A program made the translations under genes and the position numbers. Positions 18,647-28,179 of a stretch of 64,000 bases of DNA are shown piece after piece. This DNA is from Candidatus Buchananbacteria bacterium RIFCSPHIGHO2_02_FULL_39_17 (lineage in GTDB: Bacteria > Patescibacteriota > Patescibacteriia > Buchananbacterales > UBA6539), in the NCBI GenBank assembly GCA_001817425.1, contig MHII01000012.1:77-64076 (forward strand), read 5' to 3'. How positions within the stretch are numbered: position 1 is the first letter of the stretch; every line of letters starts with the position of its first letter. The notes beneath the pieces were generated by a model. That model had not been told where the DNA came from. It did not search any database and worked only from the letters and a program-made list of their open reading frames with translations.

Positions 18647-20341
18647 ATGGAGTTTATTTTAACCCCAGTGGAAATCTGGCAATTGGCAGTAATTAAACTG
18701 TTTTTTTATTTATTTTTGATTTTTGGCATCATTTTATTTTTTAAATGGCCTAAGCCATTTTTATTTGTTTTATTAATCTCTTTATTTTTGGGGGGCACTT
18801 ATTTATTTTTAATTTGGCAGGCGCAATTGCCTTGGTGGAGTTTGCAGGGGGATGAGATTTTTGTCACTTCGTTTCTCCAGAAGGTCGCTTCCGGCAATTT
18901 CTTTTCTGATTTTTTTTATAAAAATTTGCCGTTATTTTATCCGCCGCTTTATTTTTGGCTGGTTGGCGGCTTAGCCTCATTTTTTAAGTTAAACGGCATA
19001 CAAGCGGCGCAGTTGGGCGTGGCTTTAGTTTTATTTTTATCGCCATTTTTAGTTTATTTTTGCCAAAAAATTTACTGGCGGCTTTCCAAAAAAGAAGGCA
19101 TTCCGGCCTGGAAATTAGCCGTTTTGACCGCCTCGGTTTTTCTGGTTTGGGATTGGACGGCGGTGATTTTAAAACCTTATGAATTCATTTCGGCGATTTT
19201 AATTGTTTTTTGGTCAATTTTTTTATTCCAGGATTTATATTTTAAAACTTTATCGCGGCTAAAAATTATCATCTATGGTCTGGGCGGCGGGCTTTTATTT
19301 TTGACTTTCCATTTCTGGTTTTTTCCTTTGGCTTTAGCAATTTTATTATTTAAATTATTTGTTGATGTTTCACATCTTTATTTTTACAGCCGCCTGAGCT
19401 TGATTGTCCTTTTAATCTTAATCATTGCTTGGCCGTTTTTATACCCTTTGATTAATTCGCTTTGGCAAAACGGCGGACAGAATTTTCAGCCCTTATTTTT
19501 TATCCCCAGCGATTTAAATTTAAAATTGCCATTTTTTGATTTTTCCATTTTAGGTTTAATTTCAATTTTTGGTTTGCTTTCAATAATTTTTTATTGGTCA
19601 AAACCGGCGGCTAAGGCGATGGGCATTTTGCTTGGTTCAATATATTTTTGGCAATTTCTGAATTTAATCGGCATTATCTTTTGGCAGGTTTCCGTTTTGC
19701 CGGCAAAACCTTTTTTGTTTTTAGGTACGGTAGTTTTAGATCTTGCTTTTGGTTATGGCATTATTCAGTGGCTGGAATCAAAAGGCGAAAACAAAAATCT
19801 GCAGACAGCCGCTTTCATTATTGGCTGGTTAGTTTTGTCAAGTCAGCTTTTGGGTGGAAATTTTGTTGATGATCCAGTTGTCCAGAAACGTTTGGTTGAA
19901 ATAAAAAAACCAATTCGTGAGGAATTTACCGATTTAATTAGAGAGCTTAAAACCGTTTCTAATTTAAATAATTTGGTTTTACTTTCAAGCAATATTCCGG
20001 AGATTTCGGCTTATTTGCCCTTGAATTATTACCTTAGCTATAATATCCATTTTTCTCATCCGGCGGCGAATTTTATTGATCGCTATAATTTTGTCACTGA
20101 TTTAGCGGCCAGTCAGAGTCCGGATCAATTTTATCAAAAAATAAAAAAAGCGCCGTTTCAGCCAATTGATAATTTATTATTTTTAAAAGGCAATGGTTTT
20201 TATCCAATCAATTTTTGGTACGAAAACTATCCAACCGGCGGTATTGAGCAAGAAATTAGAATTCCGTCTGACTTGATTAGTGAACAATATTTTGCTAAAA
20301 TTTTTGAAGACAAATACTTTGTTTTTTATAAGGTAAAATAA
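18647..20341 (+). CDS. Large polytopic membrane protein, GT-C-like
   Basis: More than 10 TM helices, a GDE motif in the first loop (WWSLQGDEIFVTSF), and a C-terminal soluble domain. Confidence 0.4.
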   Translation: MEFILTPVEIWQLAVIKLFFYLFLIFGIILFFKWPKPFLFVLLISLFLGGTYLFLIWQAQLPWWSLQGDEIFVTSFLQKVASGNFFSDFFYKNLPLFYPPLYFWLVGGLASFFKLNGIQAAQLGVALVLFLSPFLVYFCQKIYWRLSKKEGIPAWKLAVLTASVFLVWDWTAVILKPYEFISAILIVFWSIFLFQDLYFKTLSRLKIIIYGLGGGLLFLTFHFWFFPLALAILLFKLFVDVSHLYFYSRLSLIVLLILIIAWPFLYPLINSLWQNGGQNFQPLFFIPSDLNLKLPFFDFSILGLISIFGLLSIIFYWSKPAAKAMGILLGSIYFWQFLNLIGIIFWQVSVLPAKPFLFLGTVVLDLAFGYGIIQWLESKGENKNLQTAAFIIGWLVLSSQLLGGNFVDDPVVQKRLVEIKKPIREEFTDLIRELKTVSNLNNLVLLSSNIPEISAYLPLNYYLSYNIHFSHPAANFIDRYNFVTDLAASQSPDQFYQKIKKAPFQPIDNLLFLKGNGFYPINFWYENYPTGGIEQEIRIPSDLISEQYFAKIFEDKYFVFYKVK

Positions 20342-20428
20342 GTCAAAAATCAAAAATCAAAAGGCAAAAGTCAAAAGTTTAAGTCAAAATTCAAAAGCTG
20401 TAGTTTAATTACTTTTAACTTTTGAATT
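20342..20428. repeat. Partial copy of the caaaag-rich ~100-bp intergenic repeat that also flanks rmlA
   Basis: caaaaggcaaaagtcaaaag...acttttaacttttgaatt matches the start and end of the 22957-23059 arm. It ends ~6 bp before the HIT-gene ATG. Confidence 0.55.
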
Positions 20429-20431
20429 AAT

Positions 20432-20866
20432 ATGTCAGATTGTATTTTTTGTAAAATTGTGGCGGGTCAAATTCCGGCAGCTAAAATTTACGAGGACGAC
20501 AAAGTCTTGGCTTTTTTGGATATTAATCCGATCAATCCCGGCCATACTTTGGTTATTCCTAAAATTCATTTTTCCAATTTAACCCAAACGCCAGTTGAAG
20601 TTTCACAGAATTTAATTATGGTAATCAAAAAAATCAGTCCAGCCATCATGAAAGGCGTAGGCGCCCAAGGTTTTAATTTAGGGTTAAATAATGGTTCAAT
20701 CGCCGGCCAAATTATTTTTCATATGCATTTTCATTTAATACCGCGATTTGCCGATGATGGCCATAAACTTTGGTCTGGCCGGCAATATCAGCTAGGCGAA
20801 ATGGAAAAAGTTGCAGAAAACATAAAAAAATTCCTAATTCCTAATTCCTATTTCCTATATGGCTAA
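20432..20866 (+). CDS. HIT family hydrolase (histidine triad)
   Basis: HIT motif HMHFHLIP and the N-terminal CIFCKI zinc-binding-like motif. Confidence 0.8.
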   Translation: MSDCIFCKIVAGQIPAAKIYEDDKVLAFLDINPINPGHTLVIPKIHFSNLTQTPVEVSQNLIMVIKKISPAIMKGVGAQGFNLGLNNGSIAGQIIFHMHFHLIPRFADDGHKLWSGRQYQLGEMEKVAENIKKFLIPNSYFLYG

Positions 20867-21866
20867 GTTATTGGTAACAGGTGGAGCTGGCTTTATTGGC
20901 TCAAATTTTATCCATTATTGGTTGAAAACTCATCTTCAAGATGAGATTATTAATTTAGATAAATTGACTTACGCCGGCAATTTAGAGAACTTAAAAGACA
21001 TTGAAAAAAATCCAAATTATAAATTGGTGGTCGGCGATATTACTAACGTTGATATTGTTGGTAGTTTAGTTAAGGATTGCGATGCGGTCGTTCACTTGGC
21101 GGCGGAATCTCATGTTGACCGTTCAATTATGGATGCCGCTGAATTTATCCGGACCAATGTTTTAGGCACGCAAATTCTGCTTGACGCGGTTAAACAATAT
21201 GATAAACGTTTTCACCATGTTTCCACTGATGAAGTTTTCGGTGCCCTAACCCTAGAATCAAAAAATAAATTTAATGAAAATACGCCCTATCATCCAACTA
21301 GCCCTTACGCCGCTTCCAAAGCCGCTTCTGACCATTTAGTCAGGGCATTTATTTACACTCACAAAATTGCGGCGACTATCAGCAATTGTTCCAATAATTT
21401 TGGCCCATATCAATTCCCGGAAAAATTTATTCCCTTGGCCGTCACTAATTTGTTGGTCGGCAAAAAAATACCGGTGTATGGTGATGGCTTGTATGTCCGC
21501 GATTGGCTTTTTGTGGAAGATCATTGTCGCGGCATTGATTTAATTTTAGAGAAAGGGAGAATCGGTGAAACTTATTGCCTTGGCGGTATGACTAGTGAAA
21601 TCAATAATTTAGAGGTGATAAAAAAGATTTTAAAAATTTTAGGCGAAAGTGAAGATAAAATTGAGTTGGTCAAAGATCGGCCTGGGCACGACCGACGTTA
21701 TGCGATTAATTGGTCAAAGGCCAAACAAGAATTGGGCTACCAACCCCAGTTTGACTTTGACCGTTATTTAGAAAAAACTGTCCAATGGTATCAACAAAAC
21801 AAAAATTGGTGGCAAAATATTAAGTCCGGCAGTTATAAGGATTACTATGAAAAACAATATCAATAA
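20859..21866 (+). CDS. rmlB: dTDP-glucose 4,6-dehydratase
   Basis: MAKLLVTGGAGFIGSNFIHYWL, the catalytic YAASKAASDHLVRAF (Y..K) motif, and ~335 aa length. Confidence 0.9.
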   Translation: MAKLLVTGGAGFIGSNFIHYWLKTHLQDEIINLDKLTYAGNLENLKDIEKNPNYKLVVGDITNVDIVGSLVKDCDAVVHLAAESHVDRSIMDAAEFIRTNVLGTQILLDAVKQYDKRFHHVSTDEVFGALTLESKNKFNENTPYHPTSPYAASKAASDHLVRAFIYTHKIAATISNCSNNFGPYQFPEKFIPLAVTNLLVGKKIPVYGDGLYVRDWLFVEDHCRGIDLILEKGRIGETYCLGGMTSEINNLEVIKKILKILGESEDKIELVKDRPGHDRRYAINWSKAKQELGYQPQFDFDRYLEKTVQWYQQNKNWWQNIKSGSYKDYYEKQYQ

Positions 21867-22098
21867 AGATGATCAGTGATTTTAAAATAAAGTTGAGTTA
21901 CAAAGTAATCAAATAAATTAGAATTTTTAATTTTGATTTCCCGCAATTACGGGATCCTCGATTTTTCATCCCGCCACGGCGGGGGAAAAATCGGGACAAT
22001 TTTGAATATTAAAATATTGAATTATTCAATCAAAATTCTGATTTAAAAATTCAAAATTATTTAAACTTTAATCAGATAAAAAATTATTATCCTTATTT

Positions 22099-22953
22099 AT
22101 GGCCAATCAACGGAAAATCCTTATCCTTGGCGCAAACGGCATGCTGGGCCACGATCTGGCTGAAATTTTTTTTGATCAAAAACCAATTCTTTGGGATATG
22201 CCAAATCTTGATATTACTGATGAATTTGCGGTCAAACAAAAATTAGCTGATTTAATGCCTTCTTTAGTGATTAATGCCGCTGCCTATACTGACGTTGATG
22301 GTGCTCAAAATCAGCCAGATTTGGCGTTTAAGGTCAATGCCGACGCCATTGGCTACTTGGCAGTTGCCTGTCAGCAATTAGGGGCGATTTTGGTGCATTA
22401 CAGCACTGAATACGTTTTTTCCGGTAACAAGGATACTGGTTATCAAGAAGACGACAAAACTGATCCGTTAAATATTTATGGCCAGTCTAAAGCCAAAGGT
22501 GAAGAGATTTTAAAACAAAATTGTGAAATGTTTTATTTAATTCGTTCAAGCTGGCTTTACGGCCGTTCACCCCAAGTCGGCAAGCCGCGCGGCTTGAATT
22601 TCGTCCAAACTATGCTAAAATTGGCAGGTGAGGGTAAAGAGATTAATGTTGTTTCCGACCAGTTTGGCAAGCCGACTTATACTTTAGACTTAGCTAAAAA
22701 AACCCGGGAAATTATTGAAACTCAAAAGCCCTGCGGCATTTATCATGCGGTTAACGAAGGTGTTTGCAGCTGGTATGAATTTGCCAAAAAAATTTTTGAA
22801 ATAAAAAATATTTCCGCAAATTTAAATTCAATTAATTCAGATCAATATCCTTTGCCTACGCCACGGCCAAAATACAGCATTTTAGTTAACACCAAATTAG
22901 AGCCGTTGCGGAAGTGGGACGAGGCGTTGCGAGATTACCTACGGCAAAGTTAA
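22099..22953 (+). CDS. rmlD: dTDP-4-dehydrorhamnose reductase
   Basis: KILILGANGMLGHDL, YGQSKAKGEE, ~284 aa. Confidence 0.85.
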   Translation: MANQRKILILGANGMLGHDLAEIFFDQKPILWDMPNLDITDEFAVKQKLADLMPSLVINAAAYTDVDGAQNQPDLAFKVNADAIGYLAVACQQLGAILVHYSTEYVFSGNKDTGYQEDDKTDPLNIYGQSKAKGEEILKQNCEMFYLIRSSWLYGRSPQVGKPRGLNFVQTMLKLAGEGKEINVVSDQFGKPTYTLDLAKKTREIIETQKPCGIYHAVNEGVCSWYEFAKKIFEIKNISANLNSINSDQYPLPTPRPKYSILVNTKLEPLRKWDEALRDYLRQS

Positions 22954-22956
22954 AAG

Positions 22957-23059
22957 TCAAAAGGCAAAAGTCAAAATTGCAATTCAAAATTCAAAAGTAA
23001 AAAGTAATAATTTTGATTTTTAACTTGAACTTTTAATTTTTAACTTTTAACTTTTGAAT
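22957..23059. repeat. Left arm of the 103-bp inverted repeat enclosing rmlA
   Basis: Its reverse complement matches 23824-23926 at 102 of 103 positions. Built from caaaag/acttttaa units. Confidence 0.85.
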
Positions 23060-23064
23060 TTTTT

Positions 23065-23781
23065 ATGAAAGGCATAATTTTAGCCGGCGGGACCGGTTCG
23101 CGCTTGGATCCGCTGACTCGAGTCACCAATAAACATTTACTACCGATCTACGACCGGCCAATGATTTATTATCCGATTCAGACTTTAGTCAAAGCTGGCA
23201 TCACTGACATTATGATTGTTTCCGGCAAAGGCCATGCCGGGCAGTTTTTGGAATTACTTCAATCTGGTAAAGAATTGGGCGCGAAGTTTTCCTATGGCGT
23301 GCAAGAAGAAGCCGGCGGCATTGCCCAAGCCTTGGCCGTCTGCCAAGATTTTGCTGACAATGATAAAATTGTGGTAATGTTAGGCGATAATATTTTGCAA
23401 AATGATATTTCTAATGCCGTCAAAGATTTTGAAAAACAAGATAAGGGCTCAAAGATATTTTTAAAAGAAGTGGAAAATCCCAAATCTTTTGGCGTGGCGC
23501 AAATTGCCGGCGACAAAATCATTGAAATTGAAGAAAAACCAAAAAACCCCAAAACCAATTTAGCGGTTATTGGGGTTTATCTGTATGATAGTCAGGTTTG
23601 GCAAGTGATTAAAACTTTGAAACCTTCAGGGCGAGGCGAATTGGAAATCACTGATGTTAATAATTTTTACGTTAAAAAAGGGGAAATGACTTTTGAAATT
23701 TTGCGCGGCTGGTGGGGAGACGGAGGTGAGTCATTTGATAGTTTATTGGCGGCCGGGAATTTGGTTGCCAAGAAAAAATAA
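23065..23781 (+). CDS. rmlA: Glucose-1-phosphate thymidylyltransferase-like sugar-phosphate nucleotidyltransferase (short form)
   Basis: MKGIILAGGTGSRLDPLTRVTNKHLLPIYDRPMIYYPI is the nucleotidyltransferase signature. Adjacent to rmlB and rmlD. Confidence 0.7.
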   Translation: MKGIILAGGTGSRLDPLTRVTNKHLLPIYDRPMIYYPIQTLVKAGITDIMIVSGKGHAGQFLELLQSGKELGAKFSYGVQEEAGGIAQALAVCQDFADNDKIVVMLGDNILQNDISNAVKDFEKQDKGSKIFLKEVENPKSFGVAQIAGDKIIEIEEKPKNPKTNLAVIGVYLYDSQVWQVIKTLKPSGRGELEITDVNNFYVKKGEMTFEILRGWWGDGGESFDSLLAAGNLVAKKK

Positions 23782-23823
23782 TTTTTCAAGCACCAAATCC
23801 AAAATCACAAGCTCCAAATAATA

Positions 23824-23926
23824 ATTCAAAAGTTAAAAGTTAAAAATTAAAAGTTCAAGTTAAAAGTCAAAATTATTACTTTTTACTTTTGAATTTTGAA
23901 TTGCAATTTTGACTTTTGCCTTTTGA
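23824..23926. repeat. Right arm of the 103-bp inverted repeat enclosing rmlA
   Basis: Reverse complement of 22957-23059 with one mismatch. Confidence 0.85.
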
Positions 23927-23983
23927 ATTTTAACTTTGATGCTTATTTATAATTTGGAATTTATTTGAGATTTAATATTTCAA

Positions 23984-25357
23984 TTATTGAATTTCTAGTT
24001 GATAAATTCCCGCCGTTTGGCCAATTGCGCCTTGAAAATAAAGATTTTTTCCGTTTTGGTCCAGAAAAATCGAATTAATCTTTAAAGCTTCAACCAAGAT
24101 AATGTCATTTTTAATTTCGCCGCTACTATAATTTTCCAATGCTCGAATTTGATTGCCTGTTTGATAGATTAAATATGAACCGAGCGGATGCCAAATCACA
24201 TCATCAATCGTTTCGCTTAAGCGGGTGATTAATTCCTTTTCTTCACTTTTTAGATTAAGAACTTTTATTTCAAAATCAGTAAAGTACAACAACTGATTAA
24301 AATTTTTTGACCAAGATATTTTTTTTGCTTGATCGGTTAAGATGATGCTTTGGTTGATGTCGGCCGAGTCAAAAATTTGGCTTTTTATGACTAATAAGTC
24401 ATTATTTTTTTTATCTGATAAAATTAAAAAATTTTCTAAAGAATCTTTGAATTCATAAATAGAGAATTTTGGCAATTTTATTATTTTTAAATCATTTTCG
24501 CTACCATCCTCAATCGGTTTATTTTTTAAATAAATTTCGCCTTTTTCTTGGCTAATTAAGTAAAACTGATCATTAATAATTTCAAAATCAAAAACGTTAG
24601 CCTCCGCTAGATTGACGGTGTTGGCGATTAGATCGATTTGATAAAGCGCATTTTTCCTTAAACCATATAAGAAGAAATCATTATTTTTATTCCATTTAAT
24701 CTTTTCAAAATTTAACTTGGTTAGGGTCGTTAAATCCTTGATTTTTAAGGTTTCGGCATCTACGATCAAATATCGGTTAAAACTGCCGATGGTCATTTTT
24801 AAAAGCATTTTTGTTTTGTTCGGTGACCAACTGATAAATTCCAGTTGCTGATAATTTTTTTTATCAAATTTTTTAATATCAAGATTAACTTGATTTTTTA
24901 AGTTATAAATTTTTAGTTCTTCAATGCCGCGATTGATTACGGAGTAAATTATTTTTTCCTGATCCGGCACTAAAGAGAGTATATTAATTTCGCCGTTAAT
25001 GATATTAATGGGTAGGTTTTTTTTAAATAAAATAACATCTCTTTTGAAAGTGGTTAAATTGCTTTTAATTTCTAGTTTCTGTTGCCAGAAAGAATATCCG
25101 TTTTTTTTAATTTCTACGAGATATTGATCAGGTAAGAGGCGGCTAAAACGCGCTGGCGTTTGGCCTTGATATTTTTCGTCAAAATAAATTTCTGCTCCTT
25201 TTGGCATTGAATCAAGGTAGAGGATGCCGGTTTTTTCGAATTTATTTTTTTTGAAATTATAACGGTAGCCGGTGCTGTAAATAATTAAGGCTGGGGCAAT
25301 CGCCAAAAAAATGGCGAAAAATGAAAGGTATAAAATTCGGCGATATTTGAGATTCAT
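23984..25357 (-). CDS. Membrane-anchored PEGA-domain protein with a beta-propeller-like C-terminal region
   Basis: N-terminal TM helix, a PEGA-like segment (YLDSMPKGAEIYFDEKYQGQTPARF...YLVEIKKNGY), then a long beta-rich repeat region. Confidence 0.4.
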   Translation of the reverse strand: MNLKYRRILYLSFFAIFLAIAPALIIYSTGYRYNFKKNKFEKTGILYLDSMPKGAEIYFDEKYQGQTPARFSRLLPDQYLVEIKKNGYSFWQQKLEIKSNLTTFKRDVILFKKNLPINIINGEINILSLVPDQEKIIYSVINRGIEELKIYNLKNQVNLDIKKFDKKNYQQLEFISWSPNKTKMLLKMTIGSFNRYLIVDAETLKIKDLTTLTKLNFEKIKWNKNNDFFLYGLRKNALYQIDLIANTVNLAEANVFDFEIINDQFYLISQEKGEIYLKNKPIEDGSENDLKIIKLPKFSIYEFKDSLENFLILSDKKNNDLLVIKSQIFDSADINQSIILTDQAKKISWSKNFNQLLYFTDFEIKVLNLKSEEKELITRLSETIDDVIWHPLGSYLIYQTGNQIRALENYSSGEIKNDIILVEALKINSIFLDQNGKNLYFQGAIGQTAGIYQLEIQ

Positions 25358-25472
25358 AGGCAGCTTTTAGTTTGTAGGTTAATTAATTTGACTCTTGAAA
25401 AGAGGGAGAAAAAATGTTAGAATTAAGAGGTAAATAATAGTTAAATTTTAGCAGGAATTTAATTTTATTGCT

Positions 25473-26777
25473 ATGAGTAATTATTTAATCTCGGGCGGCC
25501 AAAAGCTGAAAGGCGCTTTGACGACTAATACTTCTAAAAACGCGGCCGTGGTTTTACTTAACGCCGCTTTGTTAAATCAGGGTCAAACCCATCTTTTAGG
25601 CGTGCCAAAAATTGAAGAAGTCTACCGAATAATTGAAGTTTTGAAAAGCATCGGCGTTGAATTTAAATGGTTTAATGGCCATAATTTATTAATTAAGCCG
25701 CCTAAACATTTTAAATTAAATCAGATTAATTATCAGTCAGCGATTAAGACCAGAAGCATTTTATTTTTGTTGGCCGCTTTGTCATCTTATCAAAAAAAAT
25801 ATCACGTGCCCCATCCCGGCGGCTGCGATTTAGGCTCAAGAACAGTCAAACCGCATCTTTTTGCTCTGGAGAATTTTGGCATTAAAATCAAAACTCAGCC
25901 GAAATATTACCAAATCACATTTAGTAAATTAAAGGCGGCTCGGGAAATTATTTTGTATGAATCCGGCGATACGGTAACAGGAAATGTGATGCTCGCCGCC
26001 GCCAAAATTCCCGGTAAAACCCTGATTAAATTTGCCTCTGCTAATTATCAGGTTTGTGAATTAGCTTATTTTTTGCAAAAGCTGGGCGTGAAAATCAAAG
26101 GCATTGGCACGACGACTTTGGAAATTTGGGGCAAAAAAAATATCAAGCAAAATATCAGTTATCATTTAAGCGAAGACCCGATTGAATCAATGCTTTTTTT
26201 GGCGATTGCGGCCACGACCAATTCGGTCATCACCATTCGTCGCTGTCCAATTGAATTTTTGAAACTGGAATTGCTTAAATTGGAAAAAATGGGGTTTAAA
26301 TATAAAATTTCGAAAACTTATTTAGCTGTTAATGGCAAGACGATCTTAGCCGACATTAAAACTTTTTCCAGCAAGCTTCGGGCACTAGCGGAAAAAATTT
26401 ATGCCCGGCCTTACCCGGGATTAAATATTGATAATCTGCCTTTCTTTGCGCCCATTGCCACCAAAGCCACTGGCAAGACTTTGATTTTTGATTGGGTTTA
26501 TGAAAACCGGGCAATTTATTATACTGAATTAAATCGCTTAGGCGCTAAAGTTGAATTAGCTGATCCCTACCGGGCGATTATTACCGGTCCGACTAATTTA
26601 AAAGCAGCGGAAATTGTTTGTCCACCGGCACTGCGACCAGCGACAATAATTTTAGTGGCGATGCTGGCCGCCAAAGGCAAATCGATTTTGAGAAATGTTT
26701 ATTCTATTGAACGCGGCTATGAGGATTTATGCCAGCGGTTAGCCAAAGTCGGCGCGAAGATTGAAAAAATTGATTAA
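25473..26777 (+). CDS. murA: UDP-N-acetylglucosamine 1-carboxyvinyltransferase
   Basis: The N-terminus ISGGQKLKGALTTNTSKNAAVVLLNAALL matches MurA. The active-site Cys region is HPGGCDLGSRTVKPH. Confidence 0.85.
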   Translation: MSNYLISGGQKLKGALTTNTSKNAAVVLLNAALLNQGQTHLLGVPKIEEVYRIIEVLKSIGVEFKWFNGHNLLIKPPKHFKLNQINYQSAIKTRSILFLLAALSSYQKKYHVPHPGGCDLGSRTVKPHLFALENFGIKIKTQPKYYQITFSKLKAAREIILYESGDTVTGNVMLAAAKIPGKTLIKFASANYQVCELAYFLQKLGVKIKGIGTTTLEIWGKKNIKQNISYHLSEDPIESMLFLAIAATTNSVITIRRCPIEFLKLELLKLEKMGFKYKISKTYLAVNGKTILADIKTFSSKLRALAEKIYARPYPGLNIDNLPFFAPIATKATGKTLIFDWVYENRAIYYTELNRLGAKVELADPYRAIITGPTNLKAAEIVCPPALRPATIILVAMLAAKGKSILRNVYSIERGYEDLCQRLAKVGAKIEKID

Positions 26778-26793
26778 TTTATTTTTTAAAAAA

Positions 26794-28092
26794 ATGCCAA
26801 ATAATCAAAATCAGAAACCAAAATCAAAATTTACTAAATTTTTTTTAGTCAGTTTATCGGCGACAATATTATTAATTTTAGTTTTTGTTTTTGGTTATGC
26901 TTTGGGCGATTTTTCTCTAGCAAAAAAAGTTGGTTTATTTGAAAAAGGCGGCCAGCTTTTAAATGCGGAAAAACTGCCTGATTATTTAAAAAATGATGTT
27001 AATTTTGATCAGTTCTGGCAGGTTTGGCGGTATCTTAAAGATAATTATGTTAAAACTAATATCACGGACACTCAACTTTTCTATGGCGCTTTAAGCGGTT
27101 TGGTCGGCGCTTTAAATGATCCTTACTCGGTATTTTTTGATCCAGAAATTTCAAGGAAGTTTAATCAGGAGCTGGCTGGCAGTTTTGAAGGCGTTGGCGC
27201 GGAAATCGGTTTGCGTGAAGGCCGATTGACCGTGATTGCCCCTCTGGCTGGAACGCCAGCGGATAAGGCCGGATTAAAAGCTGGAGATTTGATTGTGGAA
27301 ATTGACGGCAAAGATACTTCAGGCATTGCCCTTGACTATGCGGTGAGCCTAATTCGGGGCGAGAAAGGAACGAAAGTGGCTTTGACCGTTTACCGCAACG
27401 GCGATGATGAACCGCGGAAGCTTGAAATTATCCGCGATAAAATTGAAATTGACAGCGTCAGATTTTCGCGCAAAGATAAGACCGGCAAAAGCGAAGGGGA
27501 TGAAGGATTCGTCCTTAAGGAAGGCAACATCGCTTATGTTGAATTGCTCTACTTTAATGAAAACACTTTAGCTGATTGGAACCAGACGGTTCAAAATATT
27601 TTAGCCATTAATCCAAGCGGCATTATTTTAGATTTGCGCAATAATCCGGGCGGATTTTTGGGAACAGCCATTGAAGTCGCCGGTGAATGGGTAAATGGTA
27701 AAACCGTGGTGGCCGAGCAACTAAGAAGCGGCGAAAAAATTGAGCACAAAGCCAATCGCCAAGCGCGTTTCGTCGCTATTCCCACCGTAGTTTTAGTCAA
27801 TAAAGGCAGCGCTTCAGGGTCAGAAATCGTGGCCGGCGCTTTGCAGGATTATAAGGCGGCGACTATCGTCGGTGAAACAACTTTTGGCAAAGGTTCGGTC
27901 CAGGATTTAAAAGAGTTTTCTGACGGTTCGTCAGTCAAATTGACCATTGCCGAATGGCTGACGCCGAACGGCAAAAACATCAATGAGCAGGGGATTAAGC
28001 CGGATATTGAGGTGAAAATGACTAAAGAGGATTACGATGCGGACAAAGATCCGCAGTTAGATAAAGCCCTTGAAATTTTGCGGGCAAAATAA
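26794..28092 (+). CDS. ctpA: Carboxyl-terminal processing protease (peptidase S41)
   Basis: PDZ segment GLKAGDLIVEIDG and the S41 catalytic region GSASGSEIVAGALQDY. Start chosen at ATG 26794; the ORF track's 26761 overlaps murA. Confidence 0.8.
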   Translation: MPNNQNQKPKSKFTKFFLVSLSATILLILVFVFGYALGDFSLAKKVGLFEKGGQLLNAEKLPDYLKNDVNFDQFWQVWRYLKDNYVKTNITDTQLFYGALSGLVGALNDPYSVFFDPEISRKFNQELAGSFEGVGAEIGLREGRLTVIAPLAGTPADKAGLKAGDLIVEIDGKDTSGIALDYAVSLIRGEKGTKVALTVYRNGDDEPRKLEIIRDKIEIDSVRFSRKDKTGKSEGDEGFVLKEGNIAYVELLYFNENTLADWNQTVQNILAINPSGIILDLRNNPGGFLGTAIEVAGEWVNGKTVVAEQLRSGEKIEHKANRQARFVAIPTVVLVNKGSASGSEIVAGALQDYKAATIVGETTFGKGSVQDLKEFSDGSSVKLTIAEWLTPNGKNINEQGIKPDIEVKMTKEDYDADKDPQLDKALEILRAK

Positions 28093-28179
28093 AATTTAAT
28101 ATGAGTAAAAAAGAAAAATGGGAAATAATTGCTCACGAATATTATCGTGTAGTTTGTTTCCCATTTTTAGGTTAGTGAT

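Noticed and set aside
28093-28179. Nested inverted repeat aaaatgggaaa…cacga-atattat-tcgtg…tttcccatttt after ctpA.
   Set aside because: It is likely a terminator or ordinary intergenic structure. No recurrence elsewhere in the window.
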